Of a stretch of DNA of 64,000 nt, positions 10,554 through 20,200 are shown one piece after another. The position numbers and the translations under genes were made by a program. The stretch is from assembly GCA_045563055.1 (NCBI GenBank), contig JBJKUR010000009.1, positions 19,454-83,453 on the forward strand, given 5' to 3'. This stretch comes from Alphaproteobacteria bacterium (GTDB lineage Bacteria; Pseudomonadota; Alphaproteobacteria; Methylaequorales; Methylaequoraceae). Within the stretch, counting starts at the first letter, position 1. The number at the start of each line of letters is the position of its first letter. Under the pieces are notes generated by a model that saw only the letters and a list, made by a program, of their open reading frames with translations, had not been told where the DNA came from and made no database searches.

Positions 10554-10629
10554 GTCCCCTTCGTCTAGTGGTTCAGGACACCGCCCTTTCACGGCGGCAA
10601 CACGGGTTCGAATCCCGTAGGGGACGCCA
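10554..10629 (+). tRNA. tRNA-Glu (anticodon TTC)
   Basis: Acceptor GTCCCCT/AGGGGAC, anticodon loop CTTTCAC, T-loop GGTTCGAATCC, encoded CCA. Confidence 0.85.
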
Positions 10630-10657
10630 ATTCATAAGCCAATATTTTTAAGAGTTT

Positions 10658-11377
10658 TCAGTCTTCTAGTACAAAATTAACAGGAATGTGGATAGAGTCT
10701 TTAATAAATTTTTTTCCGGATTTAGCTGGAGTGAATCTCCATTCTTTAAGTGTACTTAAACTTACATTATCCAGCACCTTGAATCCACTTGATTTCAGAA
10801 CTTTAATATAAGTAACATTTCCAGTTTTATCTATATCTGCTTGAATTACAACTCTTCCTTCCCAGCCCCTCTTTCTTGCGATTAAAGGATATTTTGGATG
10901 TGGATTGTTGTGTGAACCGATTTTATATTCTGCTCTAGATTGAGTTATAAGATTTTTTTTTTTTTTAATTTGATAGTTAGGGCTAGATTTTTTTAAAACA
11001 ACGTTCTCTTCTTTATTCGACATTTTCTTAGGAGTGATTAATTTATTTTTTACGTAATTTGATTTTTCACTATCTTTATATTTATGGATTTCAGACGAAT
11101 TTTGAGTGCTTTTAATTAAATTAATATTATCTATTTTATTTAATTTTCTTACTTCCAATATATTTTGCAATTTTGTTTTTTTTTGCTTAAAGCTTAAACT
11201 TTCATTTAATTTATTTAGATTGATATCTTCAGAATATTTTTCAATTTTTACCTCTATAATAGAAGACTTTGAAGAAATAAAATTTTGTGAAAAATTTGTA
11301 ATAAATGCCAATACCAAAGAGTGCAGTCCTAGAGAAAAAAAAATGCAAATATTAAAATTATTATTGTTCTTTAACAT
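10658..11377 (-). CDS. tonB: TonB-like energy-transducer protein
   Basis: 239 aa. N-terminal membrane anchor and a lysine-rich linker. C-terminal TonB domain (YPLIARKRGWEGRVVIQADIDKTGNV...VLKSSGFKVLDNVSLSTLKEWRFTPA). Confidence 0.65.
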   Translation of the reverse strand: MLKNNNNFNICIFFSLGLHSLVLAFITNFSQNFISSKSSIIEVKIEKYSEDINLNKLNESLSFKQKKTKLQNILEVRKLNKIDNINLIKSTQNSSEIHKYKDSEKSNYVKNKLITPKKMSNKEENVVLKKSSPNYQIKKKKNLITQSRAEYKIGSHNNPHPKYPLIARKRGWEGRVVIQADIDKTGNVTYIKVLKSSGFKVLDNVSLSTLKEWRFTPAKSGKKFIKDSIHIPVNFVLED

Positions 11378-11383
11378 AAATTA

Positions 11384-13396
11384 TCAAAACCTTTTTGATA
11401 TCTTACCAAAGAGAGTGAATTCTGGCATTGGATAAACACTAGCAGAATTGTAGGTGCTAGCACTCCCAACTCCATATCTGTAATATTTTTTATTTGTTAC
11501 ATTGTACCCAACTAAGGAGTAATCAAAACCATATAAATTCCCCTTGATTCCAATATTAGTCAAAACAAATTCAGGGTTTTTTATTTGAAAGTTTTTTGTA
11601 TCATTTATCAATCTTGATGATCCTCTATAATTAACATTAGCAAACAGCGTTAAACCATCTAATAAATCAAAGTCGATATTAAATTTATTGATCATGCTCG
11701 GGATTCCTGGAATTTCCTTGCCTTTGTAATTTGGGCCTTCTCTTAACTTTGCTTTTATAACATCAAAAGCGTTTGAAATAGTAATTTTATCAATTGGTTT
11801 GAAGGTCAACAATGATTCATATCCATATCTTTTTGTTGCTGGTAAATTTTTATTTAAGAAATCAACAGCATCAAAAATAATCTCTCCACGAATTCTCATA
11901 TAATAAAAGTTATTTGAGATCGAAAAACTCCTGTAATTAATTTTATGTCCTATTTCAAAGTCATTTGAAACTTGTGAGTTCATTTTAAAATCATGAGGAA
12001 CGGAAAAGCCCTGCGCTCCAACTCTTTCGTCTACATTTGGATATCTAAATGTTTTGGATACTCTTCCAAAGACGGTGCCGTATTCATTAAAGTTATTCTC
12101 AATACCTAAATGATAAGCATATAGAGGTTCAAATGTTAAAGAGTCTTCAAAATCTTTTCCAGCTCCACTCGCAGGACCAACTGAATCGGATGCTTTAAGC
12201 CAATTCCCTTGATATCGTGCGCCTGCACCAATTTTAAGAGTATTTGTAATTAGTAAATCTGTATTAAAGTAAAACCCAAGATTACTATCAGAGAATTTAT
12301 ATGTTTGTTTTGTTGGGAAACCATCTGATGCCATTCTATCAGAATTATAATATGTGTATTGTGAGTCAACTCCAGAAATAAATTTCAAAGATTTCCCATA
12401 AAATTTGTTTGATATTTTTATTTTGGGATTTAAAGATACCGAATAAAGTTTGGTATCTGTTACCCCCGAGGTAAAAAACCCTTCTGAATGATTAAATCTG
12501 TAGCTTCCATCAACAATTAACTGTGTATTAGGTTCCAATTCGTGTACAAGGCTGTAGAAGGCTTTGGCACCATCACTTGTTGCAAAATCCGCAAGTGTAG
12601 TCGATCTTCTTCTATCTATTTTGTAGTAATCGGTTGACGTATCAGGCCAACCATTTATTGCAACAACACCAGGCAACCCCATAAACTGTTTATCACCCGT
12701 GATATTTAAATGCAATAAAGTGTTAGTATTTATTTGTGAGTTCACCTCTAGATTAGCATTTTGTTGTCTTAGTTCATTATTTCTCCTATAACCATCTGCT
12801 TTTGAATAATTAGCGTTACCGGATACTGAAAAATTTTCAAAAACTTTAGAACCAGAGAAAGCTGCCTCAAATTGACCAAATGATCCAAATGCGGTTGAAA
12901 CTTCATAAGAATCATCGTCTTTTATAAATTGGTCTGTAATTATGTTTACTGCACCTGAAGTTGCATTACTTCCATATAATACACCAGCACTACCTCCTTT
13001 TATTATTTCGATTCTTTTTATGCTACTTACTGGCATTGTTGTAAAGTCTACAAAACTAGCATCAATATTTGATAATCTTTGTCCGTTTAAAAGAATTAGA
13101 GTATTTGACTTTGCTGTATCAGCAAAACCTCGAATATCGATACTTTCTTTTGCTCCAAAACCTGTTCCATATAATGATTTAAACTCAATGCCTGGTAATC
13201 TGGAAATAATCTGAACAAGTGAATCGTTTGGATATTGTTTAATGTATTCTTCATTAAGCACATGAGTAACTGCTCCAGTTAATTGTTCATCTAAAAGTTT
13301 TGATGATGTTACAGTAATTTCTTTAAAATTTTCATCAGCATAACTGTTAAAAAAATAAAATAAGAATGTTATAGTGTAGATTAAACGAAAATTCAT
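11384..13396 (-). CDS. btuB: TonB-dependent outer-membrane receptor, probably a BtuB-like cobalamin/corrinoid transporter given the upstream riboswitch
   Basis: 670 aa. Signal peptide, plug domain with TonB box, and a beta-barrel ending in a C-terminal aromatic residue (…GKISKRF). Preceded by a cobalamin riboswitch. Confidence 0.75.
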   Translation of the reverse strand: MNFRLIYTITFLFYFFNSYADENFKEITVTSSKLLDEQLTGAVTHVLNEEYIKQYPNDSLVQIISRLPGIEFKSLYGTGFGAKESIDIRGFADTAKSNTLILLNGQRLSNIDASFVDFTTMPVSSIKRIEIIKGGSAGVLYGSNATSGAVNIITDQFIKDDDSYEVSTAFGSFGQFEAAFSGSKVFENFSVSGNANYSKADGYRRNNELRQQNANLEVNSQINTNTLLHLNITGDKQFMGLPGVVAINGWPDTSTDYYKIDRRRSTTLADFATSDGAKAFYSLVHELEPNTQLIVDGSYRFNHSEGFFTSGVTDTKLYSVSLNPKIKISNKFYGKSLKFISGVDSQYTYYNSDRMASDGFPTKQTYKFSDSNLGFYFNTDLLITNTLKIGAGARYQGNWLKASDSVGPASGAGKDFEDSLTFEPLYAYHLGIENNFNEYGTVFGRVSKTFRYPNVDERVGAQGFSVPHDFKMNSQVSNDFEIGHKINYRSFSISNNFYYMRIRGEIIFDAVDFLNKNLPATKRYGYESLLTFKPIDKITISNAFDVIKAKLREGPNYKGKEIPGIPSMINKFNIDFDLLDGLTLFANVNYRGSSRLINDTKNFQIKNPEFVLTNIGIKGNLYGFDYSLVGYNVTNKKYYRYGVGSASTYNSASVYPMPEFTLFGKISKRF

Positions 13397-13439
13397 TTTC
13401 CCGCTCCTAATTGCTTCTCAAATACTTCTATGTGAGTAT

Positions 13440-13702
13440 TAAGAAAAGTTAATGTATTAGTGGGGATTTAAAACCCACCGAGGTTAATCACGTCACCTCA
13501 ATGGAAATTAACCATAATCAGAAGACCTACCCGCAGCCTGATTGAATGACGCTTACTTAGCAGGTTTCCTGACTCATCGCTTAGATGTTGAACCGCCTTC
13601 CCAATTTATAACCAGTGGCGTAATGGCCCAACGAACAATTTACAGTAGCGGGGGCTGTGCTAGACTTTAACTAGTTTCCCTTTTAACCCTTGCGGGCACT
13701 AA
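13440..13702 (-). promoter_or_regulatory. Cobalamin (AdoCbl) riboswitch in the 5' leader of the TonB-dependent receptor gene
   Basis: The minus strand reads TAGTGCCCGCAAGGGTTAAAAGGGAA...CCCGCTACTGTAA...CGCCACTGG... and the B12 box GAGTCAGGAAACCTGC (plus-strand 13560-13575). Each matches a conserved cobalamin-riboswitch element. The region is GC-rich and structured in an AT-rich genome and ends in RBS AGGAG before the ATG at 13396. Confidence 0.6.
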
Positions 13703-13759
13703 ATAATATATTTATATTATTTTCAATACAAGAAATGTCAAATTATTACTAAATTAAAA

Positions 13760-14305
13760 ATGGATATATTTAAGGTTGATTTAAACAAAGAGAAACCAGA
13801 CGATTATTTAGATATTTTCCTGGGAATGGGTTGTTTTTGGGGTGCAGAAAGAAAATTCTGGAAGCTCAATGGTTTATATACAACCGCCGTAGGTTATGCT
13901 GGCGGAAAAATCAAAAACCCAAATTATGAAAGTGTATGCACAGGAGAAACAGGGCATGCAGAAGTTGTTCGAATTATTTATAATGCCAATAAAGCCAATT
14001 TAGACGATATTATGAAAATTTTTTGGGAATCACACGATCCAACTCAACTCAACAGACAAGGGAACGATATTGGTTCACAATATAGATCGATAATTCTTAC
14101 TGCTAATGAATGTGAACTTGGAGAGTTAAAAACATCAAAGAAAAAATTTCAAGTTAAATTGGAGAAAGAAGATCTTGGAGTAATTAGAACAGAGATCAAA
14201 TTATTAGATAAATTTTACCTTGCTGAGGATTACCACCAAAAGTATCTGCACAAAAATCCCAATGGTTATTGTGGCTTACAAGGAACAGGAGTAAATTATT
14301 GTTAG
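13760..14305 (+). CDS. msrA: Peptide methionine sulfoxide reductase MsrA
   Basis: 181 aa with the catalytic motif GMGCFWGAE and EDYHQKYL near the C-terminus. Confidence 0.85.
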   Translation: MDIFKVDLNKEKPDDYLDIFLGMGCFWGAERKFWKLNGLYTTAVGYAGGKIKNPNYESVCTGETGHAEVVRIIYNANKANLDDIMKIFWESHDPTQLNRQGNDIGSQYRSIILTANECELGELKTSKKKFQVKLEKEDLGVIRTEIKLLDKFYLAEDYHQKYLHKNPNGYCGLQGTGVNYC

Positions 14306-14904
14306 AAAAAGAACTGTCCTAAACCTAATGTAAAAATTATTAGACCACCTATCGAGTGAATAAAAACACAGGTCATGAAAGACTTTTCGTTATATGCGTA
14401 TGAAAAAATGGGAGACACTAATGCTGTTATGAAGATAGCGTGAGGGTTGTGAAAGACAATATGTCCAAAAGAAAAAACAACCATATTTGAAATCATCATT
14501 GTTTTTTTACTGTTATTAAAAACAAATCTGTATCTGTGATAGAAAAAGACTCTGTAAATGAATTCTTGAGGAATTACTGATAAAAAAGGATAAAGAAAAA
14601 TTACAATCAACCAAAGTTTGAAGTTTTTTTTAGGCAAATCAAATAACAAATTAGGTTCAAATGCTAGAGTGTAAATAAAACCTGAAACTAAGAAAAGTAA
14701 TGATAAATAAAAACTGAATTTCCAATCTATATTTTTTTTTAGATTTGCAAATTTAAAGTTTTTGTCTTTTTTTAAAATGTAAATGGAAATGAGAAAAATG
14801 ACATACAGGAAAAGAAAAACCAATTGTGAAGAAATTAGAAACGATAAGAAAATGGGTGTTAAAAAAAAAATTAAAAAAAATTCTGTTTTTAGGGAACTAG
14901 CCAT
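14302..14904 (-). CDS. CPBP-family intramembrane metalloprotease (CAAX protease / Abi family)
   Basis: 200 aa, multi-TM, with the EExxxR-like motif (QEFIYRVFF), FxxxH (FSFGHIVFH) and a downstream H (FIHSIGG). Confidence 0.55.
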   Translation of the reverse strand: MASSLKTEFFLIFFLTPIFLSFLISSQLVFLFLYVIFLISIYILKKDKNFKFANLKKNIDWKFSFYLSLLFLVSGFIYTLAFEPNLLFDLPKKNFKLWLIVIFLYPFLSVIPQEFIYRVFFYHRYRFVFNNSKKTMMISNMVVFSFGHIVFHNPHAIFITALVSPIFSYAYNEKSFMTCVFIHSIGGLIIFTLGLGQFFF

Positions 14905-15506
14905 TTACCCCTAACACTTAACTGAGGTTCACCTCTTTCAACATTAAATATAGCTCTACGATGACCTTGACTTGCAAGGTACAACCACTCTATCTCGTTA
15001 ATAGATATTTGTATTACACAAAAGTTTTTTAATCCATCCTCTGATTGTTTACTTGATGGTGCTTCTAAAGTGAAATCATCTGGAAATCCAGATGTTGGTT
15101 TTTTTGAAATCACACCTGGTTTGTCTTTGGATAAATAACATCTTCTTGACCAATTGCCCAATTTATTCCATGAGTCTTTCAATGATTTTTGAATATTTGC
15201 TGTTCCCCTGACCCGAAGTTGTATTTTTTTTTGATCATCGTAGAATACCAAACATGCATTGGCATTTTTTTGCAGCTCAATAATTTTTTGTGCTCTTAAA
15301 TCACTATGAATATTGATGATTAATTTTTCAATGTTAAAACCTCTTAGAACAACTGTTCGAGCATCAGGTTTGTTGTTAATAGTTACAGTGTTTAGTACGG
15401 TGTTATGAAAGTTAGATTTTCTTTTTTTTACACCTTGAATAAGAAGAGAAAATATCTCTTTTTTTGTTTCCTCCAGTGAATTATAAAATCTTGGTATTTC
15501 CTTCAT
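14889..15506 (-). CDS. Pyridoxamine 5'-phosphate oxidase family protein (PdxH-like)
   Basis: 205 aa. RTVVLRGFN...ACLVFYDDQKKIQLRVRG resembles the PNPOx FMN-binding split barrel. Confidence 0.5.
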   Translation of the reverse strand: MKEIPRFYNSLEETKKEIFSLLIQGVKKRKSNFHNTVLNTVTINNKPDARTVVLRGFNIEKLIINIHSDLRAQKIIELQKNANACLVFYDDQKKIQLRVRGTANIQKSLKDSWNKLGNWSRRCYLSKDKPGVISKKPTSGFPDDFTLEAPSSKQSEDGLKNFCVIQISINEIEWLYLASQGHRRAIFNVERGEPQLSVRGKWLVP

Positions 15507-16219
15507 TTTTTCAAAAAATTAAAAAGCACAATAGATACAGAGTTTGATACATTTAGACTGTCTATTAATTTATCCTTAATTGGCAAGTTTATTTTTGCTA
15601 AATAATCACATTTTTTTTTTATTAGTGATCTAATGCCCTTGTTCTCAGAGCCAAATATAATGACTTTTTTCATATCTTTTGGAATAGATTCTAAATCATT
15701 ATTAGATTCTAAATCCAATCCCAAAATCCAAAAATTCATGTTTTTTAAAGTTTCTATTGTTCTACTAAGGTTTGTAACTTCAATTAATTTTACTTTTTCG
15801 TATGCTCCACTTGCTGATTTAACCAGAAAAGGGTTTATTTCAAAAGAATTATCTCTATTAAAAATAATACTCTTGATACCAAATAAATAAGCGGATCTAA
15901 GAATTGCCCCAACGTTTTGTGAATCGTTTAAGGAGTCAAGAATTAAGATGGTATCTTCAGTAGCGTCGATGGATTGTAATTTGAATTTCTCTAGTGGACT
16001 ACACTTAAGTAAAACTCCTTGATGAAAATTATTTTTCGTTTCCATATCTATCAGTTTTCTTGAGATAATTTTGAGTTCTTTTATTTCTTTCAAATTTATA
16101 TTCTTTTTATTTTTTTCATAAAATTCCTTTGTACATTTTAGTGAAAAAATAACTCTTTCTTTATTTGATAAAGCAGCAAGTGCTGCATGATGACCAATAA
16201 TGGTTTGAACTTCATTCAT
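15503..16219 (-). CDS. rlmB: SpoU/TrmH-family RNA 2'-O-methyltransferase (RlmB-like)
   Basis: 238 aa. SPOUT motifs (ILDSLNDSQNVGAILRSAYLFG, VIIFGSENKGI, LNVSNSVSIVLF). Confidence 0.65.
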   Translation of the reverse strand: MNEVQTIIGHHAALAALSNKERVIFSLKCTKEFYEKNKKNINLKEIKELKIISRKLIDMETKNNFHQGVLLKCSPLEKFKLQSIDATEDTILILDSLNDSQNVGAILRSAYLFGIKSIIFNRDNSFEINPFLVKSASGAYEKVKLIEVTNLSRTIETLKNMNFWILGLDLESNNDLESIPKDMKKVIIFGSENKGIRSLIKKKCDYLAKINLPIKDKLIDSLNVSNSVSIVLFNFLKK

Positions 16220-16288
16220 AATAACAATTATAATTTAATTTTTTTTTCTTTACATTTAATAGATTTTAAAAGTATACAATCATCATAT

Positions 16289-16374
16289 GGAGGGATGGTA
16301 GAGTGGTCAAATACATCAGACTGTAAATCTGACGACGTAAGTCTACGTAGGTTCGAATCCTACTCCCTCCACCA
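16289..16374 (+). tRNA. tRNA-Tyr (anticodon GTA), with long variable arm
   Basis: Acceptor GGAGGGA/TCCCTCC, anticodon stem-loop TCAGA-CTGTAAA-TCTGA, long extra arm, encoded CCA. Confidence 0.85.
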
Positions 16375-16381
16375 CGTTAGT

Positions 16382-16699
16382 TTATATATACTCCAAAATC
16401 TTATTAGGCGGTCTACATATTATATATTCCTCTCTATTGTAAAAAATCGGTCTTTGTAATTCCTCTTGATTACAATGAAGAAGCCTGATTAATTCTTTAA
16501 AGCTATGATTATCAACTTTTTTTCTGAAAAGATCGACTTTATTCGAATTAAAATTAAAAAATAAATGTTTTATCTCTTCAAGTGAAAGAGGTTCTTTCAT
16601 GTATTCTCTGATCTTAAAATCTATATTATTTTTTTCAAGTATTTGTAGACAAGCTCTGGATTTTGAACAATTATTATTATGATAGAGTGTAAATATCAT
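16382..16699 (-). CDS. ArsC/Spx-family (glutaredoxin-like) protein
   Basis: 105 aa with the N-terminal CxxS/C motif context (MIFTLYHNNNCSKSRACLQILEKNNIDF) typical of the ArsC/YffB family. Confidence 0.5.
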   Translation of the reverse strand: MIFTLYHNNNCSKSRACLQILEKNNIDFKIREYMKEPLSLEEIKHLFFNFNSNKVDLFRKKVDNHSFKELIRLLHCNQEELQRPIFYNREEYIICRPPNKILEYI

Positions 16700-16756
16700 T
16701 TGGGGTTGTATTTATTTAAAGTTTATCACATTATAAGCAAAAAAAAAAATTATTAA

Positions 16757-16830
16757 GCGGGTGTAGCTTAGTGGTAAAGCCCCAGCCTTCCAAGCTGGTT
16801 ACGAGGGTTCGATTCCCTTCACCCGCTCCA
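16757..16830 (+). tRNA. tRNA-Gly (anticodon TCC)
   Basis: Acceptor GCGGGTG/CACCCGC, anticodon stem-loop CCAGC-CTTCCAA-GCTGG, encoded CCA. Confidence 0.85.
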
Positions 16831-16837
16831 AATTTTT

Positions 16838-16913
16838 AGGGGTGTAGCTCAGTTGGTAGAGCGACGGTCTCCAAAACCGTAGGTCGTGAGTTCGAGTCTC
16901 TCCGCCCCTGCCA
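16838..16913 (+). tRNA. tRNA-Trp (anticodon CCA)
   Basis: Acceptor AGGGGTG/CGCCCCT, anticodon loop CTCCAAA, T-loop GTTCGAGTC, encoded CCA. tRNA-Trp normally precedes secE-nusG. Confidence 0.85.
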
Positions 16914-16917
16914 TCTT

Positions 16918-17634
16918 CTACTGAATGATACTCTCTACAAACTTTGGAAGAGTTATAGTTGCAGGACCTTTGTATACTTCAGTGAAAAGACAACTCTTGT
17001 GAGTGGTTTCCAAATTAAACTCATATAATTTTACATCTTTTAGAAGCTGAGTAATTAAGTCAATAAATCCAGCCGCAGGGTAAACATTATTGGATGTTCC
17101 TATGGAGATAAAAACTTCGACTTGTTCGATAAATTTATAAATACAATCCAAGAATTTTGGTTGTTCTCCAAACCAGACTACATCCACTCTAACCATCCCT
17201 GAATTATGACAATTTTTACACTTGTATTTTGTGCTTAGGTCAAAATCTAGCTTAGTACTATTTTTACAATACATACAGTATGCCTCATACAGTGACCCAT
17301 GCATATGCCTTATTTGTTTTGACCCAGCCTCCTCATGAAGTTTGTCTACATTCTGTGTAACTAATAAGAATTTTTTTCTGCATTTTTGTTCAAGTTTTGC
17401 TAAAGCAAAGTGCGCTTCGTTTGGTTTAATATTTTTTTCCGTAATATCTCTTCTTCTTTGATTATAAAAACTATTTACTAAGTCTGGATTTCTTTGAAAT
17501 GCTTCTACTGTGCAGACATCCTCTATTTTGTAATTCTCCCACAAACCATTTTTCTCCCTAAAAGTACTTATTCCACTTTCTTTTGAAATTCCTGCACCAG
17601 TTAGTACTAAAATATTTTTATCAAGAATGTTCAT
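16918..17634 (-). CDS. cobB: NAD-dependent protein deacylase (sirtuin, CobB)
   Basis: 238 aa. GAGISKESGISTFR, QNVDKLHEEAG, and the zinc ribbon CKNCHNSGMVRVDVVWFGE. Confidence 0.8.
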   Translation of the reverse strand: MNILDKNILVLTGAGISKESGISTFREKNGLWENYKIEDVCTVEAFQRNPDLVNSFYNQRRRDITEKNIKPNEAHFALAKLEQKCRKKFLLVTQNVDKLHEEAGSKQIRHMHGSLYEAYCMYCKNSTKLDFDLSTKYKCKNCHNSGMVRVDVVWFGEQPKFLDCIYKFIEQVEVFISIGTSNNVYPAAGFIDLITQLLKDVKLYEFNLETTHKSCLFTEVYKGPATITLPKFVESIIQ

Positions 17635-17705
17635 TGAAATTAATTACCTATTTGATTTTAATAGAGAGTATGTTAAATAATACCAAAAATATTTATTGAA
17701 TTACA

Positions 17706-17888
17706 ATGCAAAAAATAATCACATTATACAAAGAAGTAAAACAAGAAGCCTTGAAGATCACATGGCCTACTAAACCAGAAGTAATTACTACCACTATCAT
17801 GGTTTTTATATTTGTAATGTTGGCTTCTATATTCTTTCTGATAATTGATAAGATTATTTCTTTCATTGTAGAATTTCTTTTATTTTAA
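17706..17888 (+). CDS. secE: Preprotein translocase subunit SecE
   Basis: 60 aa single-TM protein (EVKQEALKITWPTKPEV…) immediately upstream of nusG. Confidence 0.8.
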   Translation: MQKIITLYKEVKQEALKITWPTKPEVITTTIMVFIFVMLASIFFLIIDKIISFIVEFLLF

Positions 17889-17894
17889 ATCATT

Positions 17895-18425
17895 ATGCTG
17901 CATTGGTACATACTTCAAGTTTACTCTGGAAATGAGCAAAAGATTGAAAAAGAGCTTTTAGCACAAGTTGCCAAAAAAGGTCTGGCAAATAACATTAAAA
18001 AAATTCTTATTCCTTCGGAAGAGGTGATTGAGATGAAAAAAGGTAAAAAAGTCAGTTCAGAACGAAAGTTTTTCCCTGGATACATGCTTATTCAAATGGA
18101 AATGGATGACGAAATCTGGCACATTGTAAGAGGATTACCAAAAGTTTATGGTTTTTTAGGAGGAAAAAAAGGAGAGCCAATACCTGTTTCGCAAAACGAA
18201 ATTGATTCAATTTTAAATCAAATGAAGGATGGGCTTGAAAAACCAAAACCATCTGTAAGTTTTGAAATTGGCGAACAAGTTAGGGTGTCTGATGGGCCAT
18301 TCTCTTCTTTCAATGGAATGGTTGAAGAGGTTGATGAAGAAAAGGCAAGACTAAAAGTAAGTGTCTCTATTTTTGGAAGATCAACCCCAGTAAACCTTGA
18401 ATATTCTCAGGTTGAAAAAATATAA
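17895..18425 (+). CDS. nusG: Transcription termination/antitermination factor NusG
   Basis: 176 aa. WYILQVYSGNEQKIEKEL N-terminus and the KOW region GEQVRVSDGPFSSFNGMVEEVD. Confidence 0.9.
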   Translation: MLHWYILQVYSGNEQKIEKELLAQVAKKGLANNIKKILIPSEEVIEMKKGKKVSSERKFFPGYMLIQMEMDDEIWHIVRGLPKVYGFLGGKKGEPIPVSQNEIDSILNQMKDGLEKPKPSVSFEIGEQVRVSDGPFSSFNGMVEEVDEEKARLKVSVSIFGRSTPVNLEYSQVEKI

Positions 18426-18440
18426 TTATTAGGAGTTTAA

Positions 18441-18866
18441 ATGGCAAAAAAAATTGATGGATTTATAAAATTACAAATTCCCGCTGGACAAGCGAACCCC
18501 TCTCCCCCGGTTGGTCCAGCATTAGGCCAAAAAGGGGTTAATATTATGGAGTTTTGCAAAGCTTTTAATGCTTCAACTCAAAAGTTAGAACAAGGAATGC
18601 CAATTCCAGTTGTGATCACGGTATTTCAGGATAAGAGTTTTACTTTTGAAACAAAGTCTCCCCCAGTTTCGTTTTTTATAAAAAAAGCCTTAAAATTAAA
18701 AAAGGCTTCTCAGACACCTGGCAAAGAAGTTATTGCATCTATATCTAAAAGCGATATAAAGAAAATTGCAGAAGATAAAATGAGTGACTTAAACACTGAT
18801 AATGCTGAATCTGCACAAAAAATGGTCGCAGGGACCGCCAGATCAATGGGGATTAAAGTCGAATGA
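18441..18866 (+). CDS. rplK: 50S ribosomal protein L11
   Basis: 141 aa. [32 protein letters not shown]. Confidence 0.9.
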   Translation: MAKKIDGFIKLQIPAGQANPSPPVGPALGQKGVNIMEFCKAFNASTQKLEQGMPIPVVITVFQDKSFTFETKSPPVSFFIKKALKLKKASQTPGKEVIASISKSDIKKIAEDKMSDLNTDNAESAQKMVAGTARSMGIKVE

Positions 18867-19555
18867 CAAAAAATACAAAGAAAAATAAAATAATTAATGA
18901 AGAATTAAAAAATAAAGAGATTTTCAAGCTGGATGATGCTATCAGCATTTCAAAAAAATTTACCTCCAAAAAGTTTGATGAATCCCTAGATATATCTATC
19001 ATACTGGGCATTGACGCAAAAAAATCAGATCAACAAATACGTGGTGTCCTAAGTCTACCTAAGATGCCTGAAAAAAAAGTAAAAGTTGCTGTTTTTGCAG
19101 ACGGAGATGATATAAAGAAATCTAAAGATGCTGGGGCTGAAATTGTAGGTAATGATGATCTGATTGAGTTGGTCAAGAAAGGTCAAATCAATTTTGATAA
19201 ATGTATTTCAACCCCGAAAATGATGGTTAAAGTTAGTTCTTTAGGTCAGATTTTAGGCCCAAAAGGGCTTATGCCTAACCCTAAACTTGGAACAGTTACC
19301 AACGAAGTTGAAGATGCTATTAAAAAAATTAAATCTGGACAAATTGAGTTTAAAACAGATAAAGCTGGAATTATTCATGCATCCGTTGGTAAATTAAGTT
19401 TTTCAGAAACTGAACTAAAAAGAAATATTTTGTTTTTTTTAGAGGAAATTAAGAAGAAAAAACCAGAAACCTCGAAAGGAATTTTTGTAAAAAAATTTTT
19501 TATTAACTCAACTATGGGTCCGGGGTTGCAAGTTGATTCAACAAGTGTTATGTAA
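18863..19555 (+). CDS. rplA: 50S ribosomal protein L1
   Basis: 230 aa. L1 fold motifs ([25 protein letters not shown]). Confidence 0.9.
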   Translation: MTKNTKKNKIINEELKNKEIFKLDDAISISKKFTSKKFDESLDISIILGIDAKKSDQQIRGVLSLPKMPEKKVKVAVFADGDDIKKSKDAGAEIVGNDDLIELVKKGQINFDKCISTPKMMVKVSSLGQILGPKGLMPNPKLGTVTNEVEDAIKKIKSGQIEFKTDKAGIIHASVGKLSFSETELKRNILFFLEEIKKKKPETSKGIFVKKFFINSTMGPGLQVDSTSVM

Positions 19556-19668
19556 ATATAAATTTTATTCTGTCTAAGACCTCAGGTTGTAAATTTTTAG
19601 CGTAAACTTTCCTGAGTAGATGGGTATAGTTAGCTTTACTCAGACAGATTGAAGAAGGGAAAAAGCTG

Positions 19669-20187
19669 GTGCAAAGAGCTGATAAAAAACAATTTGTTAA
19701 GGAATTCAACTTAGCCTTAAAAGATTCTGAATTTCTATTAGTTGCAAATTACAAGGGTCTAAATGTTTCTGAAATTTCATCTTTGAGGAATGACATAAAA
19801 AATTCTTCTAAATCAAATTTTAGGGTGGCTAAAAACACTCTTGCAAAAAAAGCACTAAAAGATACCAACTTTGATGTTGTTGAAAAACTTTTTGTAGGTC
19901 CTACATCAGTTGCTTATTCTGATGATCCTGTTTCTACATCTAAAATTGCAGTTAAATTTGCTGAAAATAATGTAAATTTTAAAATTTTAGGTGGAGTTAT
20001 GGGTGATAAAGAATTATCAGTTGAAGAAATAAATGAGCTAGCTTCTTTACCTTCAATGGATGAAGTAAGAGCGAAGATAGTAGGGCTACTTGTTAGTGCC
20101 CAAAGAAACCTACTTTCAACCTTAACAGCCTCTCAATCTAGCATAGTTAGAATAATTGATACTAAATTTAATAGTCAACAATCATAA
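19669..20187 (+). CDS. rplJ: 50S ribosomal protein L10
   Basis: 172 aa. The long 5' leader (19556-19668) is the usual L10 autoregulatory region. Confidence 0.85.
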   Translation: MQRADKKQFVKEFNLALKDSEFLLVANYKGLNVSEISSLRNDIKNSSKSNFRVAKNTLAKKALKDTNFDVVEKLFVGPTSVAYSDDPVSTSKIAVKFAENNVNFKILGGVMGDKELSVEEINELASLPSMDEVRAKIVGLLVSAQRNLLSTLTASQSSIVRIIDTKFNSQQS

Positions 20188-20200
20188 TTAGGAGTAAAAC

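Noticed and set aside
16187-16459. Plus-strand 90-aa ORF
   Set aside because: It runs straight through tRNA-Tyr (16289-16374), so it is an artefact of the six-frame scan.
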